From Candidatus Omnitrophota bacterium (lineage in GTDB: Bacteria > Omnitrophota > Gorgyraeia > Tantalellales > Tantalellaceae): a stretch of 64,000 bases of DNA. The notes under the pieces were generated by a model. It was given only the letters and a program-made list of their open reading frames with translations. It searched no databases and had not been told where the DNA came from. Position 1 is the stretch's first letter; every line of letters begins with the position of its first letter. Location: positions 64,189 through 128,188 of the forward strand of contig JADGBR010000004.1 of NCBI GenBank assembly GCA_015231405.1. The letters are read 5' to 3'. Both the position numbers and the translations under genes were made by a program. Positions 1-9,410 of this stretch are shown piece after piece.

Positions 1-423
1 GTTCCAACTCAATCCTCTACTATTGAACTGTTTTAAGATACTGTTCCATCCAACCTGTGGGACCTTATAAATATCCCCATCACCCGGAGGGTCCAATCTC
101 TTGACCATACCCTTAATAATATCCAGGCCTTCCCATGTACCGTGCTCTTCGGATGTCGTCATCAGAAGCTGCATCCCGAGACAGATACCCAGGAGCGGCT
201 TCCCCGATGAGGCGAACTCTTTTAACGGAGCGATAAGCCCTCTTTCTTTGAGATGCTTTATCCCCTCGCCAAACGCCCCTACCCCAGGCAGGATAATACT
301 TGAAGCGGCGAGAATGTCTTCCGGATCAGCGGAAACCGCAACCTGGGTCCCGACAGATTCGAACGCTCTCCGGAGATTAAACAAATTACCCAGATTATAA
401 TCGACTATGACAATATTTTTCAT
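1..423 (-). CDS. hisH: Imidazole glycerol phosphate synthase glutamine amidotransferase subunit homolog (HisH/WbuY-like). Partial: the 3' end lies outside the window
   Basis: Manual translation of the minus strand gives MKNIVIVDYNLGNLFNLRRAFESVGTQVAVSADPEDIL...GKPLLGICLGMQLL, the class-I GATase fold with the catalytic Cys in GICLGMQ. The start ATG at 421-423 is preceded by a GGAAAACAATG RBS-like stretch. It is not in the ORF track because no stop codon falls in the window. Confidence 0.8.
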   Translation of the reverse strand, partial: MKNIVIVDYNLGNLFNLRRAFESVGTQVAVSADPEDILAASSIILPGVGAFGEGIKHLKERGLIAPLKEFASSGKPLLGICLGMQLLMTTSEEHGTWEGLDIIKGMVKRLDPPGDGDIYKVPQVGWNSILKQFNSRGLSWN

Positions 424-444
424 TGTTTTCCGAGGCTATTAAGT

Positions 445-1338
445 TCATATCCTGACTTCTATCCCGTTTTTTACCATATCCTCTTTAACCTCACGAATGG
501 ATGCGGGCTTTACGGTACAAGCTCGCTCCCCCCCATACCCATGATTCAGAAAATCAACGTTCCCCGAATCTATATGTTCTCCCATACGCAGTCTAGCTTC
601 CGAAAAAGACATGAAAGGTTTATTCACGGGCGTCGCGTAGTTATAGTGGAATATTGACGCCGCCGCGGCGGCCTGCGCGCCGCCATTTCTTATGACCTTT
701 GAGAGATCGCTTTTAGTTCCTGCGCCGCCTGAGGCTATAACCGGGATACTGACGATCGAAGAGATCCTGTTTGTAAGCTCAATATCATAACCTTCCCCCA
801 TCCCTTCAGAGTTTATGGATGTCAATAGGATCTCCCCGACGCCCAGTCCTTCCACCTGTTTGGCCCATTCTATGGCGTCAAGGCCCGTAACCTCTCTACC
901 ATAATCGACCCATACCTGATATTTCCCGTCACTTATCCGGAACGCCTCTATCGAGCTTACTATGCATTGTGACCCGAACACCTTTACCGCTTCGGAAAGA
1001 AGCGCGGGATTCTCTACCGCTCCCGTATTGATCGCTACCTTATCCGCGCCTGCCCTTAATATCTGCCGGATATCCTCGATCGTCCTTATTCCTCCGGCTA
1101 CGGTAAGCGGGACAAAAACTTTCATCGCTGTCTTCTTAATTATCTCTAAAAGAGAATTTCTGCGATATAAACTGGCTACAGCGTCCTGATATATCAGCTC
1201 GTCTATCCCTTCCCTGTAATAAAGCTCCCCGAATTGCTCGGCGGTGCCAAGCACCCGGTGTCCGTCAAATTGGACGCCCTTTATCAGATTAGGCCCTTTG
1301 ATATCAAGCCTGGCTATGACTCTAACGGCATGTCCCAT
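445..1338 (-). CDS. hisF: Imidazole glycerol phosphate synthase cyclase subunit homolog (HisF/WbuZ-like) with a ~50-aa C-terminal extension
   Basis: 297 aa. It aligns along its length with HisF (GVQF, VAGGI...ADKV, SGGAG motifs). It sits 22 bp downstream of the hisH-like gene on the same strand. Confidence 0.85.
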   Translation of the reverse strand: MGHAVRVIARLDIKGPNLIKGVQFDGHRVLGTAEQFGELYYREGIDELIYQDAVASLYRRNSLLEIIKKTAMKVFVPLTVAGGIRTIEDIRQILRAGADKVAINTGAVENPALLSEAVKVFGSQCIVSSIEAFRISDGKYQVWVDYGREVTGLDAIEWAKQVEGLGVGEILLTSINSEGMGEGYDIELTNRISSIVSIPVIASGGAGTKSDLSKVIRNGGAQAAAAASIFHYNYATPVNKPFMSFSEARLRMGEHIDSGNVDFLNHGYGGERACTVKPASIREVKEDMVKNGIEVRI

Positions 1339-1364
1339 TTATCGAGCTTTATCCTCAAAGCAAA

Positions 1365-2090
1365 TTAAATATTCAATACGGAAAGATTGTTGTGAAAATT
1401 CGGCAATAATTTCAGATCCGGGGATTTTCCCATAACAAGACAATTATCGGGAATATCCTGGTTAATAATAGTTGTACCGTGAGAAACGATCACGTTATTT
1501 CCGATCTTGCAATCGCCGTAAATAGTGACATTCGCCATAATTACTACCCCGTCACCGAAAACCGGATGAATGTAATCGGCAGGGTCCTTGCCTACTATGT
1601 CGTAAGGCCCGATATGCACGTTATTGTATAAATTCAATCCAATCCCATATTTTGAATGTGAATCAATTACCGTACCTATAGGATGGCACGGTATAAAATA
1701 ATCGCCGATATCCGACCTGTAATAAATATCTACCGAGGTCCTGGCCCTCGATGAGTAGTAGATCGCTTCAGCTATATCCAGCCTTGTCCCGGCCCTGAAA
1801 AGAGCGTTAGCCACTCTTAAACAGATAATTAAATAATGGTCAAAATGTTTAAGGTCCAGCAACCCTTTCCCGCTTTGAGAAAAATACCTGTCCTTGATCC
1901 GGGAATGCTGTTCGAGCAGGCATTGATGAACGCCCTTGAAAGTAGACTTAAACTCCCCACCATCCATGTAATCATCCATTTCATATGGATGATCAGATTT
2001 GACCGTCCTGACAAAAGCCTTATAATTCCTATTCAAAATATCCTTTCCTGAACAATTCATGCTCAAAAACCCTAACTTCTGCTTTTTCAA
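1365..2090 (-). CDS. Hexapeptide-repeat (LbH) acetyltransferase, serine-acetyltransferase (CysE)-like; probable sugar O/N-acetyltransferase
   Basis: 241 aa. The C-terminal half has a left-handed beta-helix repeat pattern (NVHIGP...GDGVVIMANVTIYGDCKIGNNVIVSHGTTI). It has an N-terminal extension and an AT-rich promoter region upstream (2091-2219). Confidence 0.6.
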   Translation of the reverse strand: MKKQKLGFLSMNCSGKDILNRNYKAFVRTVKSDHPYEMDDYMDGGEFKSTFKGVHQCLLEQHSRIKDRYFSQSGKGLLDLKHFDHYLIICLRVANALFRAGTRLDIAEAIYYSSRARTSVDIYYRSDIGDYFIPCHPIGTVIDSHSKYGIGLNLYNNVHIGPYDIVGKDPADYIHPVFGDGVVIMANVTIYGDCKIGNNVIVSHGTTIINQDIPDNCLVMGKSPDLKLLPNFHNNLSVLNI

Positions 2091-2219
2091 TTATTCGTTT
2101 AGTAAGTTTTAAACAATCTAAACATCGTAACTATTTCATTTTTAATATCAATTTTTATCACATCAAATACCGATTTATTAAGGATAAATCAGCTCGGCCA
2201 AGTTATTTTATATTCTAAC

Positions 2220-3191
2220 TTACCGCATTAACGCCATTTTTGTCAACCGGTGACGCTTCTCCAGTTTGTCTATGTGCACAAAAGGATAATGCCTCGAGAA
2301 ATGATAGTTCACGAAAACAGGCTTTCCATCGATAATGTGGATATCCCTCACATCCCATGGGTAGTTATTAAATTCGACCATCTCTCCACAAGGTAATTTC
2401 TTGCTTACCCTGTTCAAACAGTAGAAAATATTATCCGTAGCGGCATATTTGCGTATATAACGGAAGTACTCTCCAACCGTGCGCATGTTCATTTCCTGCA
2501 TCGAATTTATGTTCACAGAGAGGGTATATTCGACCGAATCTATTTTTTCGTAATGTTCAGCCGGGCAATATATAAGGTCCGAAACTTCCAGCCTGTCTTT
2601 ATCAACTACTCCTTCTTCCACGCCATAATGGCTGGCTTGGGGAAAAAAAAGCTGCATATTAACGGATTGGTAAAGCAATACTTTCCCGATATCGACTAGT
2701 ATTATCCGGGCATTCGGATATGCGGTCTTCAACAATAGAGATGTTATTCCGGGGCCATCACCTATTATTAAAATACTGAACTTGGCGGCTATATCCATTT
2801 TGAGATGTTTTTTTATAAGAGTGACGGCGCAGACTTGCTTGAAAACCTCATTAGTAAGGGCATATCCTTTTTCTTGAAGTAGCTGATATGCCTTTATGGT
2901 TTCCCTGAAATGCGACAACGGGTCCTCCAACCGAAAGAAATAAGTAAATACGCATAGATAGCTCAGGATCCTATTAATGATATTAAGTTTGAGGCTAGGC
3001 AAACCAGAAGACCTAAGAGATAGAATCCCGGTCCTCACATCATGATCCGCCTGTAACTTAGCGCCATAGATCTTCCAATGAGAAGAAATATGGGCCTCTG
3101 GGTCCATATTAGTCGCGGAGAAATATCGTTTCAGTAAAAATAAGACATAATTTTTCTCAACCAGCTCAGTGGTCTTTATCTTTAATTCCAT
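2220..3191 (-). CDS. Hypothetical protein, possible sugar O-methyltransferase-like (Rossmann G-rich motif LIIGDGPG)
   Basis: 323 aa. It has a glycine-rich loop resembling a SAM/nucleotide-binding motif. There is no other recognisable signature. Confidence 0.35.
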   Translation of the reverse strand: MELKIKTTELVEKNYVLFLLKRYFSATNMDPEAHISSHWKIYGAKLQADHDVRTGILSLRSSGLPSLKLNIINRILSYLCVFTYFFRLEDPLSHFRETIKAYQLLQEKGYALTNEVFKQVCAVTLIKKHLKMDIAAKFSILIIGDGPGITSLLLKTAYPNARIILVDIGKVLLYQSVNMQLFFPQASHYGVEEGVVDKDRLEVSDLIYCPAEHYEKIDSVEYTLSVNINSMQEMNMRTVGEYFRYIRKYAATDNIFYCLNRVSKKLPCGEMVEFNNYPWDVRDIHIIDGKPVFVNYHFSRHYPFVHIDKLEKRHRLTKMALMR

Positions 3192-3206
3192 AATGAGATC
3201 CTAATA

Positions 3207-3914
3207 TTATTTTTTATCTCTACCACGGGAGGCCAACAAGTGTATTTTTCTCATAGCGTAATACGGCAAACGCAACAACCTGTTAAATATCGGGTCATTG
3301 ATTCCGTGATAGACGGTACCGCCTCCAAGCCTTTCAATGGACTTCAATATGACCTCCCTGTCTCCCATAAATGGTTTGTTGCTATTTTTCCGATAACAGG
3401 GGCAAACTAAGCCATTGATATCCCGCAACAAGATAAGCGTATAATCGTTATATTTTACGAGCATATCCACGAATCCAACCGAGTAAAAGTTATTGCAGTG
3501 TCCTTTCCATTTCCCGGTTTCCTGAAAAGCTTTGATATCCGGCAGAAAATGGATGGCGATGCCTCCTGTTTTGAGGCAATCGTGGACGTTCTTGAAACAT
3601 GTATATTGCGCTTCGTAGGGTTCAACGTGTTCTAAAGTACCCGCGTTTGTAACAATGTCGAATTGGCTTAACCATTCAGGCTTTTTTATGGGCTTGGATA
3701 GATCAACTTTCAAGGCGCCGCGGCGGCCGTTGAGGTCGAAGGAGGTGTGGATGACTCCTCTATTAGTAAAATATTCTTTACCCGTTTTCTCCGGGATACC
3801 CTCGCCGGACACTTCCTGGTCGCCGAGCTCAAGCATTTTTTTGCCTCTTAAGTCGCCTATGCTCATGGCAGCGCATTCTAATATGTATTCCAGATATGGT
3901 TTTTTTAAGCCCAT
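3207..3914 (-). CDS. Class I SAM-dependent methyltransferase
   Basis: Motif I LELGDQ and a post-I acidic residue are present. The start is placed at the internal Met MGLKKPY because its ATG overlaps the upstream gene's TAA stop (TAATG), which is classic translational coupling. The 263-aa track ORF begins further upstream inside the neighbouring gene. Confidence 0.6.
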   Translation of the reverse strand: MGLKKPYLEYILECAAMSIGDLRGKKMLELGDQEVSGEGIPEKTGKEYFTNRGVIHTSFDLNGRRGALKVDLSKPIKKPEWLSQFDIVTNAGTLEHVEPYEAQYTCFKNVHDCLKTGGIAIHFLPDIKAFQETGKWKGHCNNFYSVGFVDMLVKYNDYTLILLRDINGLVCPCYRKNSNKPFMGDREVILKSIERLGGGTVYHGINDPIFNRLLRLPYYAMRKIHLLASRGRDKK

Positions 3915-5479
3915 TATCTCTTCTCCATATTTTTGAACATTTCGTTGACCTTTTCGGGCAGGAACATCTTCATTCTGTATTTCCTTTCGGCCGTCCATTT
4001 CCTTTCCTCAACAGAAAAACCCTCAAAAAGGTAGGCTTTGAAGGTCAAGGGGTGCGGGGATGAAGAAGCAAGGACCAGGCCTTTCGGGTCCTCTAATGGA
4101 AAATGGTCTTTCTTTATAGGAGACAAGAAATTCGTGTTGACGAGGAGCATAAGATCGTGGCCGGGACCGGTTTCCCATTGTTTGCCGGTCTCGTCTATCC
4201 TGGTTATCCGTTCTCTGGGGCAGTTTTTAGTATTCTTGTAAATGAAATATCGCGGATACTCTAAATCGAAATAGGCGCGGAAAAATATCAGGAAAGAGAT
4301 AATTGAGGTCCCCGCGACCGTCCAAACAGCTAACCTCCTCACACCCGGCAAAGAGATTTCCTTTATCGCCAAGACGAGAGCGATCACAAGCATCGGGATG
4401 TAAAAATGTATAAGCCTGCCGTAAAACACCACTTTATTGAAGAAGACACCCAGGATGCCGTGATAAAGATACAGGATAAGCGCGGCGGTTATGACGCTTT
4501 TATCGGGAGTGAATTTAAGAATATCTTTTCGTGTGCGGGATATCACATAGGCGAGAAAGCCGCATATAAGGATAGCACCCGCCGGTCCCTCGACCTGGAG
4601 AAGATATTTAACGATAAATACAAGGCTTTCGCTGAAAGTCCCCTGGGTGGCTGTTCCGCTGAGCTGAGCGAGATCGGCTAAATAGGGACGCCCGGCTATC
4701 CGCGAGATCACCTCGGTTATCGAAATAACACAACCGGCGGAAACAAAATATACCAGTATGCCGGGCAATATTCTGTCTTTAAGCAAAATGAAAACTATCC
4801 CGAAGAACGCTAAAATATTGCAGTAACCCGGATAGACCAGGAACGATAACGCGCTTAAAATACCGCATAACGCGTAGATCGATATCCCGGGTTCTTTGAC
4901 GGCCCTGACCCTGAGATACAGATACAGCGCAAGAAAAAAAATGGAAATAGCCATATCGTACGGGAAAATATGACGCAAATAAATATTTGAGTTACAGAGA
5001 AGAGCATACACTCCCGCGCCCAGGAATGATATCCTCCTTTCCCCGGAGAGCACGAAGATGATCCTGTAAAACAAGTAAAGCGCCCCGACAGAGACCGCCA
5101 CGTTAAAAAAACTGACGACACAAGGGAAATGATAACCGTACGGCGTTATAAGCCGCAGTTTTACGAGCAGTTGCTGCACTGCCGCTATCGGGATACAAGC
5201 GGCGATGAACCCGGGCCTTCCCTGGGAGTGGAACATATTGTAAAACGCGTCCCGAAAATGCCCATCTACCAGGGCCCCATACGCCTTATAAACCATATTG
5301 TACCTGAATTCGTCCGGAAAGAAGAACTGGCCTTTGTTTATTAGCGACAACCGAAGCAGAAACACGACCAGCAATAGAACAAATGTAAGAGAACCCCTAA
5401 CGAAAGGTTTCTGAAATGATATCATAATTCTATTTCGCTTCATAAAGGCCTTGGCAATTGCCCCATAAAATCTCGCCAT
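3914..5479 (-). CDS. Polytopic membrane glycosyltransferase, GT-C fold (ArnT/PMT-like, GT39/GT83-type)
   Basis: 521 aa and more than 10 predicted TM helices. FFFPDEFRY (a DE motif) lies in the first predicted periplasmic loop, and the C-terminal ~100 aa is soluble. The start is possibly at M19 (5425) rather than 5479, which would avoid overlap with the next gene. Confidence 0.55.
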   Translation of the reverse strand: MARFYGAIAKAFMKRNRIMISFQKPFVRGSLTFVLLLVVFLLRLSLINKGQFFFPDEFRYNMVYKAYGALVDGHFRDAFYNMFHSQGRPGFIAACIPIAAVQQLLVKLRLITPYGYHFPCVVSFFNVAVSVGALYLFYRIIFVLSGERRISFLGAGVYALLCNSNIYLRHIFPYDMAISIFFLALYLYLRVRAVKEPGISIYALCGILSALSFLVYPGYCNILAFFGIVFILLKDRILPGILVYFVSAGCVISITEVISRIAGRPYLADLAQLSGTATQGTFSESLVFIVKYLLQVEGPAGAILICGFLAYVISRTRKDILKFTPDKSVITAALILYLYHGILGVFFNKVVFYGRLIHFYIPMLVIALVLAIKEISLPGVRRLAVWTVAGTSIISFLIFFRAYFDLEYPRYFIYKNTKNCPRERITRIDETGKQWETGPGHDLMLLVNTNFLSPIKKDHFPLEDPKGLVLASSSPHPLTFKAYLFEGFSVEERKWTAERKYRMKMFLPEKVNEMFKNMEKR

Positions 5480-6600
5480 GGCAGGAATTCTATTTTTTCA
5501 TACTTATAGGGGCGAGGCGTAAAGCAAACACAGATAGCCCTTGTATGGCCATGGTCGCTGATAAAACTTCTAAGCCCCCTGACATCGCTTAAACGCGGCT
5601 CCCCCGAGGCCTTTATCTCGACAGCCCAGATCTCATCCCTGAACTCCAAGATCATATCTATTTCAGCCCCGTCCGATGTCCTAAAAAAACTCATCTTTGA
5701 CGCCGCCTCCGAGTAGTCAAGTATCCTTTTCGTTTCGACCATAATAAAATGCTCGAATGCCCTGCCATAGGGAGGAGTTCCCGCGACCAATCCGCTATAG
5801 ATGACATTTTTCAAACAGGCAACTATCCCGCAATCAAAAAAGTAAAACTTCGGATGGGACACTATTTTAGTCCGGCTTGATCTGCCATAAGGGTATATAA
5901 AAAAACCCAGCAGGGTATCTTCCAGGATCTGAAAATATTCTTTGATGGTCTTTGAATGAACGCCCACTTCACGGGCCAAACTCTGGTAATTGATCAGATT
6001 GCCGTTCTCATAAGCCGCCAACTCCTGGAACCTGGCGAAAGCCGGTATGTTCCTGATCAACGCTTCCTGGGTCACCTCTTCATTAAGATAAGTCTCAATA
6101 TAGCTTTTTAACAGCCGTATTTTATCTTCTCCTTTCTTTTCCAGGGCTATCTTGGGCAATGTTCCGAAAAGAAGAGCGTCTTCCAGAATAAAACCATCCC
6201 CCAGTTCCATATGCGTAAAAGGATAAAGATGTATCGTAATGGCCCTCCCTCCCAACAGGTTCGCGCCTGATCTCTTAAGTTTACGGGCACTTGATCCGGT
6301 CAAAATAAATTTCATCTTTGGTTTTTCTTCCATAAGTAACTGAACCTCATCCAGGAGCCCGGGTAAACGTTGGATCTCATCGATAACGATCAATCCCTCC
6401 TCTATATTTAACGCCCTTACTTCCCCGGAAAGCAAGGATACATCCCTGGCATATCGCATAAACTCGCTATGTTTAAGAAGATCGATAAAAATAACAGGAG
6501 ATAGGGTATTTTTTATTAAATACGTTTTTCCGGTCTGGCGAGGACCAAGTAGAAATAATGAGTGTTTGTATTTTTCTAGGCAGATTGTTCGTTGAGTCAT
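5440..6600 (-). CDS. AAA+ ATPase with DUF4143 C-terminal domain
   Basis: 386 aa. Walker A GPRQTGKT and Walker B VIDEIQ are present. The architecture is that of the widespread 'ATPase (AAA+ superfamily), DUF4143' proteins. Confidence 0.8.
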   Translation of the reverse strand: MTQRTICLEKYKHSLFLLGPRQTGKTYLIKNTLSPVIFIDLLKHSEFMRYARDVSLLSGEVRALNIEEGLIVIDEIQRLPGLLDEVQLLMEEKPKMKFILTGSSARKLKRSGANLLGGRAITIHLYPFTHMELGDGFILEDALLFGTLPKIALEKKGEDKIRLLKSYIETYLNEEVTQEALIRNIPAFARFQELAAYENGNLINYQSLAREVGVHSKTIKEYFQILEDTLLGFFIYPYGRSSRTKIVSHPKFYFFDCGIVACLKNVIYSGLVAGTPPYGRAFEHFIMVETKRILDYSEAASKMSFFRTSDGAEIDMILEFRDEIWAVEIKASGEPRLSDVRGLRSFISDHGHTRAICVCFTPRPYKYEKIEFLPWRDFMGQLPRPL

Positions 6601-6646
6601 ATATCAATAATACACGTAATTATTGGAATGTCAACCATTATTTACG

Positions 6647-7753
6647 TCATTTAAGCGATTTAGTCACTATGTCGTATATCCATCCTGCGATATATTGATT
6701 GCCTGTTCCGGTGTAATGGCCTTCGGAGTACGCGAACGAAAGGACCCCGGGCTTAAGAAAGAATTTGTCGATCTCTTCCTTAGACAGGTTCCTTAAAGGC
6801 GGCACGAGATCGATAAACGTAATACCATAAGAGGCTAATTTATCTTTAAGCAAAGCCCTCCATACGTCGGATCCGCTGCCATTAACATCCTGATATACGG
6901 GCAAATATACCACGTATAGCTTTGAGTTTCCAATTTTATCCAGCTCTTCGAAAAGTTTCAGCACCATTCCCTCGGCGGATTCAGGGGTGTCATATATTGT
7001 TACACTGGCTTTCTTGATCGCGTCAGTTTTAGGGAAAAAATGTCTGTGGATATCTTTCAAAAGCTTGAATGATCTTAATTCCCACATTATCCACAGATTA
7101 CGCGATAACCATGGGAATGAATACCATTTTTTGGGGACAGGGACGTTCTCTACCGCCAGTTCATTATTAACGAGCCTCAAAACCGGTTTCCCATAGCGCT
7201 GAAAAGTTTTCCACTGGGTCCTTCTGATGTCGTCTGTTATGAAAGCGAAAATATGGATGTCATGGTCGTATTTAACGCCGTCTTCCTCATACCACAGGTA
7301 TGACTGGTCGATGCCATAACCGCACTGGCCCATGTTGATAATTTCGAGACCCGGATCTATTTTTTCCATTAAAGACGGCCAGGTATCGTTATTCGCGACC
7401 CCGTAACCGAAAGTAAAAGAATCACCGGAACAAATTATTCTTTTTTTACCCGAGGGGATCTCTTTAGAGTATTCCTTATCCGCCCTGATCGATCCGGAAT
7501 TGATAGTTACATCATTGCCCGGGCCGAACATATCCGCGATATGCGTGTTCGGTATACTTTTCCAGCCTAAAAGGCTGTCATATCTGGTGTATAGCCTATC
7601 GGCTAAAGGGGGTTTGGCATTACAGGCTATGTCCCTAATGAACAGCACCAGGCTGGAAGTGCCTTCAAATAGGATAAAGATCGCGACAAAGACCAGAATT
7701 AAGAGCGCTATATTCCCTGCAGCTCTTTTTATTATCCCCATTGTTATCCTCAC
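6647..7753 (-). CDS. Membrane-anchored SGNH/GDSL hydrolase family protein
   Basis: 368 aa. It has an N-terminal TM helix, then the SGNH block I ICSGDSFTFGYG, and a later DxxH-like region. Confidence 0.6.
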   Translation of the reverse strand: MRITMGIIKRAAGNIALLILVFVAIFILFEGTSSLVLFIRDIACNAKPPLADRLYTRYDSLLGWKSIPNTHIADMFGPGNDVTINSGSIRADKEYSKEIPSGKKRIICSGDSFTFGYGVANNDTWPSLMEKIDPGLEIINMGQCGYGIDQSYLWYEEDGVKYDHDIHIFAFITDDIRRTQWKTFQRYGKPVLRLVNNELAVENVPVPKKWYSFPWLSRNLWIMWELRSFKLLKDIHRHFFPKTDAIKKASVTIYDTPESAEGMVLKLFEELDKIGNSKLYVVYLPVYQDVNGSGSDVWRALLKDKLASYGITFIDLVPPLRNLSKEEIDKFFLKPGVLSFAYSEGHYTGTGNQYIAGWIYDIVTKSLK

Positions 7754-7761
7754 TCTACTTT

Positions 7762-9363
7762 TTATGGATACGGCTGTATCTTGACGGGTTGCCGCTGTTC
7801 TCCAACTTCAAGGAGCCACTTTTTTCTGTCCTTGTAGTATTCGAACAGATCCGAATTATCCGCCATATCCCTCGCCCAAACGACGGATGAGGCGTCAATG
7901 TCGGCGTTATTATAAACCCACTCTTCATGGACAGTATGCCCCGAAAGATATTTTACTACCACCAGATGCTTCTTGCCCGTCTTTTCGAGATATCGTTCGA
8001 TCTTAGCGCGCTCTTTGCCGTGTAAATAAATTTCCGAATTCCTGTCCTTTCTCAGGTTTACGACCCCGCCTATGAATAGCAGTACGGCTAAAAGAATATA
8101 ACCCCCGAGAAGAAACCGGCCTATCTTTTTACCGCCTGTATTTACCCCTGATATCTCCCCAAGCGCTTTAACCGACAATAAGAAAACAAGCCCGGTAAAT
8201 GGCGCGGCATAATGAGAGTAGAAGTGCACAGACAAACCGATGACAATGAAATACGCTATCAAAATGACATAAGCGAAAACCGCCCATTTATCGCGCCTGA
8301 ACGATAGTGCCGGATAAATTAGAAGTATTCCAAAATATATGCCGTAAAGCAATTTCCCGCCCCAGAAATTCCATAGTTCATTTATCCGTTCTCCGTAACG
8401 GGTGATAATATTTCCGGGTTTATAAAATTCCGGCGAAGTCTTATCCTCATAAAATATCTTCATTTCGATATTATTGTAAACGGGCGCCGGCTTAACACCC
8501 TGCCATACAAAAACAGGGGTTGGGCAGTATTGTTCTTCGTAAGCCTTATACGGCATTTCCAGGGCATCTCCCGTCAGGCGGTAGTTGTAATATCCCATCC
8601 AAAGGACGATGGGGACTAAGAGAACGACCAAAGGCAAAAACAATTTTCTAAGGATATTCGCCGGAGTACACCCTTCTTTTTTCATGAAGAGGACCAGCGC
8701 AAGTATCGAAAGCGCCCCGAGGATCAACCCTTCCCACGGCCTTGTGTTGGCCAAGACGGCAAGACCAAGCGCCAGGGGCAGGATATTTTTCATCTTTTTA
8801 TCCCCGAGAAAACGCGGCAGAGAACCAATAAGCAATGCTCCACCAAAAGCCGCCACGGCTCCCCCGAAATAGGTCTGGCTCCTATATCCCCCGACTCCGA
8901 GATACAAGTGCGTTATCGCCATCATACCGCCTATTATGGCCCAGGGAGGGCGCACAAATCCCCAAAGCATCCATGTTATACTCCCGGCCATTAGCGTAAG
9001 CCCTATCCATATACCCGCCGCGGCGTCACCCGCGAGAACCTTACCCAACGCGAGTACCAACCCCTGTCCGGGAGGATATTTTGACATGTAAGTAGGTTTT
9101 TGTGTCAGGTGAAATGTCTCAAAATGTCTCCACATGGGATGGGTCGGATTCGTAAGCCTGCCATGCGAAAAAGTGTCGGCGGCAAGCAGGTAACTATATT
9201 CGTCGTGGATCCTCGGGACCGGTTTGCCGATGACCCCCGAAACCCCGGCGGCGAGAAAAAAAGCCAGCAGAGAAACGAGACAAACAGACAATAACTGGTT
9301 GTCAAATAACGTTTTAGGACGCAGCATATGACTAATTCTAAAGAAAAAGACTCCGGCTTTCAA
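7762..9363 (-). CDS. Polytopic membrane glycosyltransferase, GT-C fold (PMT/ArnT-like with DE motif)
   Basis: 533 aa and about 12 TM helices. PRIHDEYSY (DE motif) sits after TM1. It is arranged divergently from a polyprenyl-phosphate sugar synthase gene. Confidence 0.6.
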   Translation of the reverse strand: MKAGVFFFRISHMLRPKTLFDNQLLSVCLVSLLAFFLAAGVSGVIGKPVPRIHDEYSYLLAADTFSHGRLTNPTHPMWRHFETFHLTQKPTYMSKYPPGQGLVLALGKVLAGDAAAGIWIGLTLMAGSITWMLWGFVRPPWAIIGGMMAITHLYLGVGGYRSQTYFGGAVAAFGGALLIGSLPRFLGDKKMKNILPLALGLAVLANTRPWEGLILGALSILALVLFMKKEGCTPANILRKLFLPLVVLLVPIVLWMGYYNYRLTGDALEMPYKAYEEQYCPTPVFVWQGVKPAPVYNNIEMKIFYEDKTSPEFYKPGNIITRYGERINELWNFWGGKLLYGIYFGILLIYPALSFRRDKWAVFAYVILIAYFIVIGLSVHFYSHYAAPFTGLVFLLSVKALGEISGVNTGGKKIGRFLLGGYILLAVLLFIGGVVNLRKDRNSEIYLHGKERAKIERYLEKTGKKHLVVVKYLSGHTVHEEWVYNNADIDASSVVWARDMADNSDLFEYYKDRKKWLLEVGEQRQPVKIQPYP

Positions 9364-9370
9364 GTTATTC

Positions 9371-9399
9371 TTGCCAATTTTCCGAAATTACGATATATT
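9371..9399 (+). promoter_or_regulatory. Sigma70-like promoter TTGCCA-17-TATATT; near-leaderless mRNA for the GT2 gene at 9411
   Basis: The -35 box is at 9371-9376 and the -10 box at 9394-9399. The predicted TSS is about 5 nt before the ATG. The region also serves the divergent GT-C gene. Confidence 0.45.
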
Positions 9400-9410
9400 C
9401 CATCTACCTT

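Noticed and set aside
101-400. 99-aa plus-strand ORF at the left edge
   Set aside because: It lies antisense to a clearly recognisable hisH-like gene (manual translation of the minus strand). It has no motif and a low-complexity, Pro/Ser-rich composition typical of an antisense shadow ORF.
2220-3191. Calling this ORF a definite O-methyltransferase
   Set aside because: Only a single glycine-rich loop supports it, and there are no further SAM-binding motifs. It is kept as a low-confidence hypothetical.
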